Assembly (NCBI RefSeq): GCF_009914755.1
Contig: NC_060934.1
Reading direction: 5' to 3' (one strand)
Length of the DNA stretch: 64,000 nucleotides
Source of the DNA: the human T2T-CHM13v2.0 reference genome, Homo sapiens
Numbering within the stretch: the first letter of the stretch is position 1; every line of letters starts with the position of its first letter. Shown piece by piece: positions 29,076-42,672 of this stretch. The translations under genes and the position numbers were made by a program. A model generated the notes under the pieces. That model worked only from the letters and a program-made list of their open reading frames with translations, searched no databases and was not told where the DNA came from.

Positions 29076-30262
29076 CCTCTCTCTAGACCAAGCTAAGTAA
29101 ACTCAGAAGAGACCTGCTTTTAACCCACAGGCTTGTTGACGCCTCTTTGTACTAAGAGTGATTAGCAACCACAGGAGTGTCTCAGCTAATTAAATAAGTC
29201 TGAAGCCGGGGGCCAATAAGCTAGGAGTCCTCTTGTATAAAACTGGTTCCAGCCATGGCACCCCCTGGAAAGGAGGTGCCTGTCTCAGTCATTTGAGCAG
29301 GTGGCGACTTCAGCAGCTGCAGCTAGACTGCTAAGAGATGGGACTCCCCATAACTTTTGAAGACGGTTGTGGTTAGAGTTTGGAGGCCTACTTTGGTTTT
29401 GATCTTCGGAGACTGGGTTTAGAAAGGAAGCATTATTTTGAGAAGGGAGATCGTAATCACACTGGCTTTTTTGATTGACGTCTGCAGTCTGGCTTAAAGG
29501 GTTCCTTGGGAGAAATGCAGGGTTTGCTACTTAAGCTGAAAGCAGGCTGGTAGGTCTACCAGGTCAAAGAACAGAAACTAAGGGATTCTGAGTTTTCATC
29601 GTGGCCCTGCTGCTACAAATCAGCTGCTTGACGCAAAAGTCAACTGACTTCTCAAGGCCTCAAATGACCTAGTCTTACCATGTCAGTATCCTAATAGTCC
29701 ATTGCCTAACTAAAAATTTTGTGCAGAAAATAATTGATCAGGGTTGAAAAGTAACAAACAGGAAGTTACAAACCATTCTTATTTCTTTTTAATGTATTTG
29801 AGGCAAACAGAATGGTTTAGGATTCCCTGTTAGATGGTAGTTTGAGGACATTTATTGTGAAGACAAGCAGACTTTCAACTAAAGTGACCATGGTGCCTGA
29901 GCACTTTATCAGGAAAAGTAGTCTGATAAGAATAAGGAAAGTAGGACAGAATCTAAAATTGGGAACTTTCCAGAGAATCTGCAATATGTGGTAGTTTTCT
30001 GAAATTCAGTCATCGCCAAGGGCAATGATGTAGTATTGGATAATAATTAGTGCCCAAAATAAGTTCTCCCACATATCACAAAAATGTTAAATAAAGTTTA
30101 ATGTACTCCATTTAAGCAGAAAGGAATAATAAGAACATAATCTCTCTCTGTATATATGATGAAATATATATGGAGAGAAATATGGAGAGATATATGGAGT
30201 TATAATACATATATATGATTTAGACAGAATTTAATCTTCCTATGGATTAAAAATGTTCGTCT

Positions 30263-30523
30263 GGCCGGGTGCGATGGTTCACACCTATAATCCCAGTGCT
30301 TTGGGAGGCTGAGGCAGGAATATCACTTGAGGCCCAGGGTTCTAGACCAGCCTGGGCAACATAGCAAGATCTCCATCTCTACACAAAAATAAAAAATTAG
30401 CTGAGAGAGATGGTGTACACCTGTAAGGCTGAGGCGAGAGGACCACTTGAGCCCAGGAGTTTGAGGCTGCAGTGAACTACTTCACATCACTGTACTCCAG
30501 CCTGGATGACAAAGTGAGACTCA

Positions 30524-30530
<7 letters not shown>
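30263..30530 (+). mobile_element. AluJ with small deletion
   Basis: GGCCGGGTGCGATGG...TTGAGCCCAGGAGTTTGAGGCTGCAGTGA; AAAATGTT on both flanks. Confidence 0.9.

Positions 30531-30609
<79 letters not shown>
30527..30609. repeat. (TC)n(TA)n compound microsatellite in the Alu tail
   Basis: Direct reading. Confidence 0.95.
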
Positions 30610-30611
<2 letters not shown>

Positions 30612-30827
30612 TACAAAATGTTTAAAATAAAAAATGTTTGGGTCCTAAACAGGCAAACCCTCATCTCTGTGGAAAAACTCATATATCACCATGACATATT
30701 TTGCAAGAGTCCCAAGTAGCAGAGATTTCCCCATATGCAATTCATAAGCAATTCTCAAGTGCCTAGTAGCTGTGGGGAATTGGTTGCTTTTATATCTTTG
30801 AGGACACATCAGTCCAGACTATGGCAG

Positions 30828-31354
30828 GACATTAGTTGTCTCTTGCTACTGTAACAAATTACAACAAGCTTAGTGGTTTAAAATAACACACATTTATTAT
30901 CTTACGGTTCCATAGGTCAGAAGGCTGAAATAGGTCCCACTGGGCTAAAATCAAGGTGTGGGCAGGACTGTGTTTCTCTATGGAGTTTCGAGGGAAGAAA
31001 TTGGAAATTGTTTCCTTGCCCTTGTCAGCTTTTGGAAACCCCTCACATTCCTTGGCTCATAGCCCCTTCCTCCATCTTCAAAGCCATCAATGGCAGGTAA
31101 AGTCCTTCTCATGTTGCATCCATCTGACCCACAGTCATGTCTTCCTCTCTCCACAGCTGGGAAAGTTCCTCTCTTTTGAAGGATTCATAGGATTAGATTG
31201 GGCCCACTGAACAATCAAGGATAATCTCCCCATCTCACAGTCCTTAAAATAAATCATATTTGCAAAATCCCTTTTGCCATGTGAGGTAACATATTCACAG
31301 GTTCCGGACATTAGGAGGTGGGCATCATTCTGGTGCCATTATCTGCCGATCATA
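30828..31354 (-). mobile_element. MLT1D-like LTR
   Basis: GTAACAAATTACAACAAGCTTAGTGG...GGGCTAAAATCAAGGTGT...GATAATCTCCCCATCTCA...GGTAACATATTCACAGGTTCC. Confidence 0.85.
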
Positions 31355-32449
31355 GTCAAGTAGAGGCCAGGATTCCAGACTTGGAATTAGCAGAGGTCAA
31401 TGCAAGCTCAATTTAGCAATGGCAGCAAACTATCACACGACTATAGTAAGGCATGAAATTGCTCTGAATTTGTGCTTTCTCCCCCGGTCAAAAAAGAAAA
31501 AAGAAAAAAAAGAAAATAGGAGGTGTTCTCTACTTCATTAACTATGTCACAGAGCAATTTGAGGCTGTCACACTCCAAAAGCATGACACACAGTCCTAGG
31601 AGAAAGCCATTTGCAATGTCCTGGGGGAAGCAGGGCACAGAGCAAGCTCAGCACATGTCAGAGCCTGTCATGAACTACCAGCTTCAGACAAAATAGCTAC
31701 CTGATCAGCATGTTGGGTTGACATCTTTGAGCAAGGCTCCAGGGCGCATTTCAGGAGACTTGGGCTCTAGCACAGTGACAGTAATGGAGAAGAAAACAAA
31801 GATGGTTGAAACCCTTGAGTCCCCGGATTCAAGTTATATATGATTTAGTGAAGGTGTCAAGGCACGTGCATAACTCAGATACATGGCAGGATGAAAAAGG
31901 CTGCAGCTTCAGGAGGAATGGGCTACAGGACTCGTGCCTATGGTCCATCCAGGTTACTGCCATGTCTCTGATAGAGACCCAGAGGAAAAGTTTTGGGATA
32001 GGTCAGCCAAACGGAAAGGCCAAGAACATCCCCTAAATGTGCCTACCTTCCCTCCAATAATCCATTATGGTTCTATCTTACATTAATTCCTTTAATCTCA
32101 TTTTTAAAAACCTAATGCAATTGTATAGGCCTTTCAGACCCTGAAAGCATGCAAAGCAGATGTGGTACCTTTTTTATTTCTTTTCTTTTTTTAATAACAT
32201 AGTAGTTTGTGAAATGCCTCTTCTCTTTTTTCCACTAGGGATCCTGATGGACTGGCTATCTACCTCCCCAGGATAAAAGCAGTGAGGCACCTGTTTTTTG
32301 AGCTTAATGTTGGCAAATGTGGCTAATACCCAACTGTCCGGGTGTTCATGAGGGGCTTAATATTCTTAGCAGTGTGCTTGTTCACCATGTTAGAACAAGA
32401 TTTTTCAACATGGAGTTGTTATAGGGTTTTTGGTGTTTTGCTTTGGCAT

Positions 32450-33040
32450 ATTCAAATGGATGTAACAATATAAAAGAATATAAAAGTAAAGGCATAGTGA
32501 ATAGTCTGTTGGGGGAAGGCAAGTGGGAGAGGAAGTATGGAGGAGGATGGAAATACCACAATCCTCACCTTACAAACAGAGAACCAAGAGTTGATATGGA
32601 TAATTGATGGCACAAAAAACAGGGGTCTGGGTGTGCATTTGAAGTTGCAGAGATAGCTGGCGGAGGAACTCAGGGTCGTGCATTTAACAGGGAGAAGGGA
32701 GAGGAGAGAAGGCAATGGGGAGGAGGGTGAAGTGGCTGATGAGCTGTGGGGAGGTGGGGGATGGTGTCTCGGGGCCAAAGTCACATCTCTCAGGACAGGA
32801 AGTCAAAGACAATACCTGAAGTTGGTGAAATAAGAAGCAGTGGTATAAGCATGTCAGGGAAAGGTAGAGAAATAACCTCCAGAAACAAATAAACGGAAGT
32901 GATGAAATGCAGTTGGCTCAGGCAGCAGAACTGGGGTCAAAGAAGGCTGAGCAGAGGTTAGTTGCTATTCACTGAAGAGCCCTTCTAACCCAAATGATTT
33001 TCTAAAAGCCAATGTACATGTTTTAGCTGATGAAAAAATG
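32450..33040 (+). mobile_element. Ancient L1/HAL1-like fragment
   Basis: Purine-rich degenerate sequence ending GATTTTCTAAAAGCCAATGTACATGTTTTAGCTGATGAAAAAA, resembling the HAL1 3' end. Confidence 0.4.
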
Positions 33041-33204
33041 TTGAGCAAGAAGAGTCCTTTTACTTTTATAATATTTTACTCTTTCAGAGAGGTTTAATTC
33101 TTTTTTTAATAAAAATGAGTTATAATTACAAATATTAGCTACATATATAGTATAGCTATCATATGTGGGGTGCGTGTGTATAAATATTAATTACTACATT
33201 GAGT

Positions 33205-33388
33205 TTTTATTCTTTGCGAACATTTTATTGTGAAAATACTCAAACACAAAAAAAGTTTAAAGGATTTTACAATAAACATCTACATACCCACTGCCTAGAT
33301 TCCAGCACTAATATTTCATTATGATTGCTTCATTACCTATCTGACCATCTATCTATTCCTCCATCTGTGCATTCATCTTAGCTTTTTG
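33205..33388 (-). mobile_element. Old L1 (L1MC/ME) 3' end
   Basis: TTTTATTGTGAAAATACTCAAACAC...CATACCCACTGCCTAGATTC. Confidence 0.6.
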
Positions 33389-34092
33389 AAAATACACATA
33401 GCATAAAATTTACCAGCTTAGCAATTTTCAAGTGGACAGCTCAATAGTGTCACATATATTCACATTGTTGTGCAATGGATCACCAGAACTTTTTCATCTT
33501 GCAAATCTAAAACGCTACATCCATTAAGCAAGTTCCCTTTTTCCTTCCCCTCCCCGCACAGCCCTGGGTAACCACCATTCAACTTTCTGTTTCTATAAAT
33601 TTGACTACTTGATACCTCACGTAAGTGGAATCATACAGTATTTGTCTTTTTGTGACTGGTTTATATCACGTAGCATAATGTCCTCGAGGTTTATCCATGT
33701 TGTCTCAAATGAGAGGATGTCTTTCCTTTTTTTAAGTCTGAATAATAGTCCATTATATGCAGATACCAGATTTTCTTTTTCATCTGTCAGTAGACATTTG
33801 AGTTGCTTCCATATCTTGGCTCTTGTGAATAATGCTGCAGTGAACATGGGTGTGCAAATATCTCTTTGAGATCCTGTTTTCAATTCTTTTGGATATATAC
33901 TCGAAAGTGGGATTGCTGGATCATATAGCAGTTCTAATTTTTAGTTTTTTGAGGAATGTTCATACTGTTTTTCATTTTATAATCCCATCAACAGTGCACA
34001 AAGATTCCAATTTTTCCACATTCTTATAAACGCTTTTTTCTGTTTGTTTGTTTTTTTAAAATAGTTGCCATTCTTGTGAGTGCAAAGTGATT
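33389..34092 (-). mobile_element. L1MB-type 3' UTR and ORF2 C-terminal remnant
   Basis: Minus ORF 33617-33883 reads ...[21 protein letters not shown]..., the L1 ORF2p C-terminus; typical L1MB 3' UTR. Confidence 0.9.
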
Positions 34093-34869
34093 ATTACATT
34101 GATTTTTTTAAAGTTCATGTTAATCTTCTTCTAGGTAACTGAGCAAATAGGGTTCCCAGGAGAAACTGCAAAGCTGATGACTAGATTAGGCTACACTTTC
34201 CTTAGAAGTGGACGGTCTGTCACAGAGCTTTCAAGGCAAATCAGGGATGATGGAATTTCTCTTCATGGTAAATCTCATTCTTATTTCCTTGGTTAAATTG
34301 GTGTCACTTCATAGGTTGGTTGAAAAAGCCACAGGTTAGCCAACATTGCAGGTGCTAAGACAACTGTAATTCTATGTGTTAATGGTCAGATTATGAGCCA
34401 AGTTGAATATGTTGAATTTCTGATTGATTCTAAGCCAGTGGGCACCTTGCAGTGTCTGTGCCCGATTAAGGCTTTGTTCTCTAGGTGAAAACATCTTTCA
34501 GATGAAAGGCATATTGGCTTTTGAGACAAAGTTACCTCTTCAGGCTTCTGGAACTTTGACTCAATTTTCCTTAGATGGAAATGTTTGTCATTCTGCTTTA
34601 CAGAAAGACATTCTCTTTTTGTTTCCGTTTCTGTGCAGAAGCCTATAGATCACCTTTTTAATTAACTCATGAAGAACCCAGGGACAGGAGTACACTCTGC
34701 CCTAATGGTATTATTGTAGATGGATCTAGTACTAAACATGACCTTGGGGTGTTTGTGAAGCTAGTGAAGAGATTAGCAAACAGAAATCTTAAGAACAATT
34801 TAATCCTTTTCTGCATAGCAGCATGGTAGTTGCTCTGCAAAGGCAATTCTCAAAACAAGCACAGTCACT

Positions 34870-35215
34870 TTCAGTACTGTGCTTGCATTCGGGGGCGGAT
34901 TGAAAGGCTGAAACTGAACAAGTGTGTGGGAAAGCAGGTGATTACTGCTCCCCAAATACCGTGTGATGCGCCCGGTCACCCCTGACAAATCAGTAGCCAA
35001 TTAATCCCACCATAATTGGTTGACCCTTGGCTAATCCCATTTCTAGATCATGTTTACTTGGCAGATCATGCCAGTCGTCTAATTAGCATTCTTCAGGGTT
35101 ATTCTACCCCCGCATGGACCGCTTTGGAATACCATATGCATGGTGATATTCAGTGAGAAGCGAGGTGTATGCGTATGGCACTCCTCTCCGTTTTGATTAG
35201 TAAACAAATTAAGTA
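34870..35215. promoter_or_regulatory. Candidate developmental enhancer
   Basis: Unique, CpG-retaining; RBPJ, E-box, TAATCC x2, TAATTA/TAATTG and FOX x2 motifs; motif evidence only. Confidence 0.35.
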
Positions 35216-35224
35216 ATTGATGTT

Positions 35225-35772
35225 AGCTTAGATAACAGGGCACTTATCATGTTGGCCAGCTCTCTGCTAAGCACTTTGGCAGGCAAGATCTTACTTCATT
35301 CTCACCATCCTATGACAGAGGTACTGTTGTTATTCCCATTTCAAAGATGGGCAAAGGGAGGTTTAAGAGGAGTAAGTGACTTGCCGCAGGAGAGCTAGGA
35401 TTCGAGCTGGGCCTATCTGAGTTTGAGTCGGAACAGAACTTTTTTTTTTTTTTTTTTTTTTTTTCGAGACAGAATCTTGCTCTATAGCCCAGGCTGGAGT
35501 GCAATGGCATGATTTCAGTTCACTGCAACCTCTGCCTCCTGGGTTCAAATGATTCTCCTGCTTCGGCCTCCTGAGTAGCTGGGATTGCAGACATGTGCCA
35601 CCACACCTGGCTAATTTTTGTATTTTTTAGTAGAGATGGTGTTTCACCATGTTAGCCAGGCTGGTCTCGAGCTCCTGACCTCAGGGTAATCCGCCCGCCT
35701 TGGCCTCCCTAAGTGCTGGGATTACAGGCATGAGCTACTGCGCCCGGCCTTGAGCAGACCTTTTAACCACCA
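35225..35772 (-). mobile_element. MIR interrupted by Alu
   Basis: GCTAAGCACTTT...TATTCCCATTTCAAAGATGGG...AAGTGACTTGCC...TTTTAACCAC. Confidence 0.75.
35440..35749 (-). mobile_element. AluS (Sx-like)
   Basis: Long T tail and full antisense body. Confidence 0.95.
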
Positions 35773-35874
35773 TCTGAATTACCTTCCTTTGTGCTCCTGT
35801 GTTCTTAGAGCTACTCCCACTCCAGTGAGCTAGGATGTTGCTGTTAACTGTGTTGTGTGAATTGTAGCTCCCCG

Positions 35875-35988
35875 AGCTGACGGTATACTCTCCAGGAAAG
35901 GGACCGTTTTCTCTTCTTCACCTGTCCCACGCAGCCCCATCCTGGGTGCATGGTAACTATGTGGTGAATGCTTGGTAACTGATGAATG
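35875..35988 (+). mobile_element. L2 3' fragment
   Basis: CTCCAGGAAAGGGACCGTTTT...GAATGCTTGGTAACTGATGAATG. Confidence 0.45.
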
Positions 35989-36667
35989 TGCCTACACAAG
36001 GTCCTGCCCTTTCACTTACCATACAAGGCTTCTCCGAGAAGCCAGCTCAGCTGCACGCAGCACACCAGCCATGGTGGACAACTCAGGCTCCAGTTATGCC
36101 TCTATCCACCAAATACAGAGTGGCCTTGGACAAGTGTCTCAGCCGCCCTGGGCCTTTTTCCTCTCTTGGGATTGGAGGATATTAGGCATCTGATCTTTCT
36201 CTGGAGGTTTCTTGCAATGGGATTTGCATTTATAAATATAGTTAACAAGGCATGACACTACTTGTGGCCCCAACAGTAAATAAGAGCCTGTCGCTGAAAA
36301 CGGAGTTGCTGTGAGAAGAGCCATCAGCTACCAGGCGAGGCACCCACACCAGTGTTTCATAAGACATGGCAAAGCTCTTTCTTCCTTCTCCCATGTCGAT
36401 CTTTGTGGATGTGCAGGATTTGGAAAGGCCTGATAAGAGAGGAGAGAGTGCTGCTCTATGTTGTGGTCTGATCTAAGCCAGCTTAAATGTTCACAGTCAT
36501 TAAGTTGTTTTTTCGGGTACTGGTAGCTTCTAATAGTTTGAGGTAGGGGAGCGCTAAAGGTCTCTCACCCCAGAATCCAAAAGTCCCAGCCAAGTTCTGA
36601 CACACAGACTAACTATTATAACCCAGCAGGCCCAAGACACAACAAAGAAATAAAACAGTCACCAACT

Positions 36668-37734
36668 ATCGGTGAACCTGCCCCGATATTCACGTAGGTT
36701 CTTTTCTATTTTTCCTAAGCATCGGCCAGCTTGAGAAATAAAGGGACAGAGTACAAAAGAGAGAAATTTTAAAGGCGGGTGTCTGGGGGAGACATCACAT
36801 GTCGGTAGGTTCCGTGATGCCCCACAAGTTGCAAAAACCAGCAAGTTTTTATTAGGGAGTTTCAAAAGGGGAGGGAGTGTGCGAATAGGTGTGGGTCACA
36901 GACATCAAGTACTTTACAAGGTAATGGAATACCACAAAGCAAGTGGAGGCAGGGTGAGATCACAGGACCACAGGACCAAGGTGAAATTAAAATTGCTAAT
37001 GAAGTTTCGGGCACCATTGTCATTGATAACATCTTAATCAGGAGACAGGGTTTTTGAGATCAACTGGTCTGACCAAAATTTATTAGGTGGGAATTTCCTC
37101 TTCCTAGTAAGCCTGGGAGCGCTACGGGAGACTGGGGTCTATTTGACCCCTGCAGCCTCAACCATAAGAGGCAGGCACACCTGGGGGAGCTGTTTATGAG
37201 CGTATACCTCCAGGCGTATATTCTCTTTCCCAGGGATGTTCCATGCTGAGAAAAAGAATTCAGCGATATTTCTCCCATTTGCTTTTGAAAGAAGAGAAAT
37301 ATGGCTCTGTTCCACCTGGCTCACTGGTGGTCAGAATTTAAGGTTATCTCTCTTATTCCCTGAACAATTGCTGTTATCCTGTTCTTTTTTCAAGGTGTCC
37401 ATATTTCATATTGCTCAAACACACATGCTGTACAATTTGTGCAGTTAATGCAATTATTACAGGGTCCTGAGGCGATACACATCCTCCTCAGCTGACACGA
37501 TTGAGAGATTAAAGACAGGCATAGGAAATCACAAGGGTATTGATTGGGGAAGTGATAAGTGTCCATGAAATCTTTACAATTTATGTTTAGAGATTGCAGT
37601 AAAGACAGGCATAAGGAATTCCAAAAGTATTAATTTGGGGAACTAATAAATGTCCATGAAATCTTCACAATCCACATTCTTCTGCCATGGCTTCAGCTGG
37701 TCCCTCCATTTGGGGTCCCTGACTTCCCACAACA
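36668..37734 (-). mobile_element. MER11 (MER11C-length) solo LTR, HERV-K11/HML-8 family
   Basis: Minus strand starts TGTTGTGGGAAGTCAGGGACCCC and ends GAAAAGAACCTACGTGAATATCGGGGCAGGTTCACCGATA; 1067 bp; perfect 6-bp TSD ACCAAC at 36662-36667 and 37735-37740. Confidence 0.95.
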
Positions 37735-38110
37735 ACCAACCTACCTAGAAATTCCACAAGGTCCCAGCAATCTGCCTTTGGGCTCCATGAGTACCTGGCA
37801 TAAAAGGTTCTCTTGAGGCAAATGCAAGAATATTCTACTGGCAAGTTTCAACCGTCTAGACACAATCAAGATTCCTAGGCTAAACAATTAAGTGGATATT
37901 AGGCCCAAATGGTAACCCAGAAGGAATAAGCTGTCAAACTTCCTACATTCTTATATTTACGCAAGGGCAGAGGTGCCTGTACATTCTTTCTAGCCAACTA
38001 ATTCTAATATCTTAAACACCACTCATTTCACCAATATAAATAAAAAGCATTTCTAAAAATCCCTATGCTAATTAATAAACTCTCTAGTATTGACTGATGA
38101 TCAAAGTATT

Positions 38111-38425
38111 TGTATCTATCAAAGTCCTGGTGAAAAACAAACATCATGCTCAAATGAGGTAATGGAAGAAAGTTTAATGAAGAGACTGTTGCAAAGGTAT
38201 GGTCAGGTTTAAGATAAATTATCAAAGGATAGTCAAGCATCCTGGGCTAACAACTTTGAGAGCCTTTGCTACTCTCCTCCTAAGCTTAAAGGGACCAGAT
38301 TAATATTGTGGTCTTTTCCTGTTACTTCCTCATTTTCCCACACTCAAGGTGTTTTTTCTAATAAAATTTGTGTAAGTTGACTCCTACCTTGGAGTCTGTT
38401 TGTTGGAGGATGGACTAACACAGCA
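38111..38425. mobile_element. Degenerate ERVL-type LTR fragments
   Basis: TGTATCTATCAAAGTCCTGG...AGTTTAATGAAGAGACTGTT and AATAAA...GGAGTCTGTTTGTTGGAGGATGGACTAACACA resemble LTR 3' ends. Confidence 0.4.
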
Positions 38426-39582
38426 ACCACAAAGCCTTGGGGAAAACACCTCCCTTCACCAGGCCTCACTTTCCCCAATATAAAATAAGAAAGCTGACTC
38501 AGACATCTTCTGAAGTTCCATTCTGCTCCTAGTTTAGCTGAGCTAGAAGCTGGCCCAGACTGACTTTCAAGTTGGGGCTAGGCCCTGATGTCTGGGCTAT
38601 CAGACTCTATGACGCCTCATTCAGAAGATTCTACACCCTGATCTGCAGCAGAGTAAATGCTGAAGGCCTTTTGTCTTGTTACAAGATCTGTGCAGAGGCA
38701 ATGGCCTGGCTCTTTCTATATTGTTTCTGTCACTCTTTCAAATGTGACCACTCACAGTACCCTGGACCACAAGTTAACCCATAGCCACCAAAGGTAATTG
38801 TGCATTTCTAGAAAACTCTATTAAAGCCTACAAGTTCCATCCTTGGAGGCACCCTCATCTTTACAAGTGCCTTCCAACTCATGGTCTGATCTCCTCCCTG
38901 ACCCATGTTAAAGAACCAAAATAATTCTTGGGAAAACTGCGATTTTTGCTCAATGGGAGACTTAATTTTTTTCTTTCTGGGAAACGTAGATTATTCCTTT
39001 CTGCTTCCAGAACAAAGGGTAACTGGCTCTTTGGTGGAGAAAAGACTTACGTTCAGCTCTACATCAAAATGTCTCCTAATCTTGAGATTCTATCTAGGAC
39101 AGTCTATATTTTCAAACTTCAGTTCAAGTTCATGTCCTTTGGTTGCCTTAAACTCACATTTGTCCTGCTTGCTGACGCAGGATAAACATGTGCTTTGCTC
39201 TCAAAAATAAAAAGGAAAAAAAAGGAGAAAAAGAAGGTTCACATCTCAGTGGTTGGCTTTGTTCTGAGTTAGGTACTGAATTCAGAAATGTCTTACCTCA
39301 ATTAATAAAGGCAATTTGGATTTTCTTGACTTTGCAGTATGTTTGTCTGTCTGTCTCTCTGTCTTTCTCTTTCTCCCTCTCTCTCTTTTTTCTCTCTTAC
39401 TCCCCCTCCCAGCTCAATCAATCGATTACACCTGCAGTTTATTTGCTTCTGCCTCTGTGGAGTTTGGTCTCATACCAGTGGAATTAATGTAATGGATAGA
39501 AACTGAGCATTTTTGTTGAACTGGGGTTTAACTCAATTCAGCCCAGTTGGCCTCAATCTTTCAAGTCCCAAATGGGCCATCA

Positions 39583-39984
<402 letters not shown>

Positions 39985-40691
39985 GACAGGGGCTGGGGTA
40001 GGTAGGTTTTTTCCAGATTCTACCCCCTTCTTCCACATAAGCCTTGAGTTAAGCATTGACAAAGGAGACCCTTTAGGAGGGAACGTGCCATAGGGTAGGG
40101 AAATGTCTCAGTTGTAGCTTTCATTCTCTTATTTTATCTCTTGTCTGAGTTTCTGGCTGAATCCTCCCTCATAATTTAGTGCTAGTTGACTTTCAGTAAA
40201 TAAAAGAAAAAATTCTAATCCAGAGAACTTGCTGTTTAACAGTCACACTGAACCCTAGAGCCAAATAAGTAAGGCCTTCTTCAAAGTAATCACCCTGGGA
40301 AGTTGTGTTTTGTGATATTTGTTTTTTTTTAAACAATACTATGGCTGGTTAAAATAGTTTGAGAACTCCTCTTTTGGAACCTCCTTGAAAGGCTGCTCAA
40401 AGAGCCTTGCAGGACGATGGGCTGCAATAAGTTGTACTAAACCTCTGAGTAGTTTGTGAAACACAGATTATCACCCACTTTGAAGCCAGCACATTTCTCT
40501 CGTTGCTGTTTCATGCGAGGAACCGTCTAATACTTATGTTAGTTTCTGTTGCCACCAGGCAGGTACACATGAGCAGTCCTAGTCCATTTCTGGTAATAGG
40601 GAAGATTGGGTTATGCAGCAATCGGTAAGTAATATACCTTCAGAGCAAGAGTGAATTCAAAGTAAACCCAACCCTCTCCTTCCCACCTCCC

Positions 40692-41181
40692 AGTTGGAAA
40701 ACAACTCTCCATGAATCTCTGACGTTTCTATACATCTTGTGAATTGAAGCACTGATTACCTTCATTCCAGACTATCTTCACAAGGATGTTTGTATAATAA
40801 ATGGCATTAGAAGATAGAGATGGTGTCTCTCTCCAAAGCAAAGGCCATGCAGCCTTCCTATCTAGCATAAGAAAGATAATGCCTCTTTGTGGTACAAAAG
40901 GCAGGCATGTTTTTTGACCAATATAAAAGATCCAGTTCACTAAACTCAAGGTTTCTTTCCTATAATGAAACCCACTGCATGTGCAGGTATTATTTTGTTC
41001 TCATGTCACTCTATGGGAATTGGGGTTCGAGAGCTGACACAAATGCTGATACTCTGGCTACTGCTATTACTGTGAGTAACAAACCATCCTTTGTCTCTGA
41101 CCCAGGAGTCTCGTGTCTTCTGCCAGCATCCATGAAACTGTGGCAAACTTGTAGGTAAAATGCCCTTCACAGTTTTTGACA
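40692..41181 (+). mobile_element. LTR47-like ERVL LTR
   Basis: ACAACTCTCCATGAATCTCTGACGTTTCT...AAGGATGTTTGTATA...TTTGTCTCTGACCCAGGAGTCTCGTGTCTTCTGCCAGC...TGACA. Confidence 0.8.
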
Positions 41182-41298
41182 TTCATTCCCCAGAGGACAG
41201 GAAGGAATGATGTCCTGATGCTGAGCAGGACGGGAATAGGGGGGAAATTCCCAGAGAAGCCGAAATGACAGGCCAGCTGGTGTGGTGGATTTGGAGCC

Positions 41299-41732
41299 TA
41301 TATCGGTTTCCCGTAGCTGCTACAACAAATGACCACAAACTGGGTGGCTCGAAACAACAGAAATTTATTCTCTGACAGTTCTGTAGGCTGGAGGTCTAAA
41401 ATGCAGGTAATAACAGGGCTGTGCTTCCTCCAAAAGCTCTGGGGGAGGTTTTGTTCTGTTCTGGTGGCTGTTAGCATTTCTCGGCTCATGGCAGCATCAC
41501 TGTAATCTCTGTTTCTTCTTCTTCATGTGTCTCTCCTCTGTATGTCCCTTATAAGGATGCCTGTCACTGGATGTAGGATCTGCCTAGGTTAGCCAGGATG
41601 ATCTCATCTCAAGATCCTTTCATTTATTTACACTGGCAAAATCCCTTTTTCCAAAGTAAGGTAACATCCATAGGTTCCAGAAATTAGGAAGTGGGCATAT
41701 CTTTTGGTGGAACTACCATTTAGGCCACCACA
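41299..41732 (-). mobile_element. MLT1C-like LTR
   Basis: ACAAATGACCACAAACTGGGTGGCTCGAAACAACAGAAATTTATTC...GATGATCTCATCTCAAGATCCTT. Confidence 0.85.
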
Positions 41733-41739
41733 AAAAGCC

Positions 41740-41995
41740 CAAATTCATAACACCTGGATGGTCAAAATAATCTTAAGCCATTAATTTAATTCAAAGTGAT
41801 TCTGGACTAATAGAGTCTCTAAGTACTTGGCAGAAGCCAACACAAATCCTCTTTGAAAAAAATGTATCTCCACCTTAGACCTAAAAAAAGTCCTACAAAT
41901 AATTTCCCAAGGAAATGAGCAGATCATGGTGAAAAAAAAATAACGAAGCACACAAGAAAACAAGGCACTATGAGTAAAAACCAGCAGAAACAGAT
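41740..41995 (+). mobile_element. Ancient L1ME 5'-region fragment
   Basis: GGCAGAAGCCAACACAAATCCTCTTTG...AAGCACACAAGAAAACAAGGCACTATGAG. Confidence 0.5.
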
Positions 41996-42084
41996 CTCTG
42001 TGAACAATTCTAAGGATAAGGGTGTTACAATGTAACTAAAATACTAAGGCCAAAATATGCCCCCTAACAACTGGAATTTTTAGC

Positions 42085-42250
42085 CAGGGGTCACTGGCTC
42101 CCTAGGGATCTTAGGTGAAGGTGAAAATCCCCTGGAATCTTGTGAAAAAAATTTTATATGTGAATATGCATATTTGTCTTGAAAGACAATTCTTAGATTT
42201 CATCAGATTTTTTAAACAGTACTTAAGCCAAAAGAGTTTTATAACTACTC
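42085..42250 (+). mobile_element. MER103-like hAT DNA transposon fragment
   Basis: AAAATTTTATATGTGAATATGCATATTT...TTTCATCAGATTTTTTAAA. Confidence 0.55.
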
Positions 42251-42340
42251 CAGACCTACCGTGCACCAAGCTAAAGTAATTTGGGAAGCTATTAAAAATT
42301 ATCGGGCTATTGCATTATAAAAAGGGCTTTCAAATCATAG

Positions 42341-42672
<332 letters not shown>

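Noticed and set aside
33617-33883. ORF resembling L1 ORF2p C-terminus
   Set aside because: Degenerate L1MB remnant, not a functional gene
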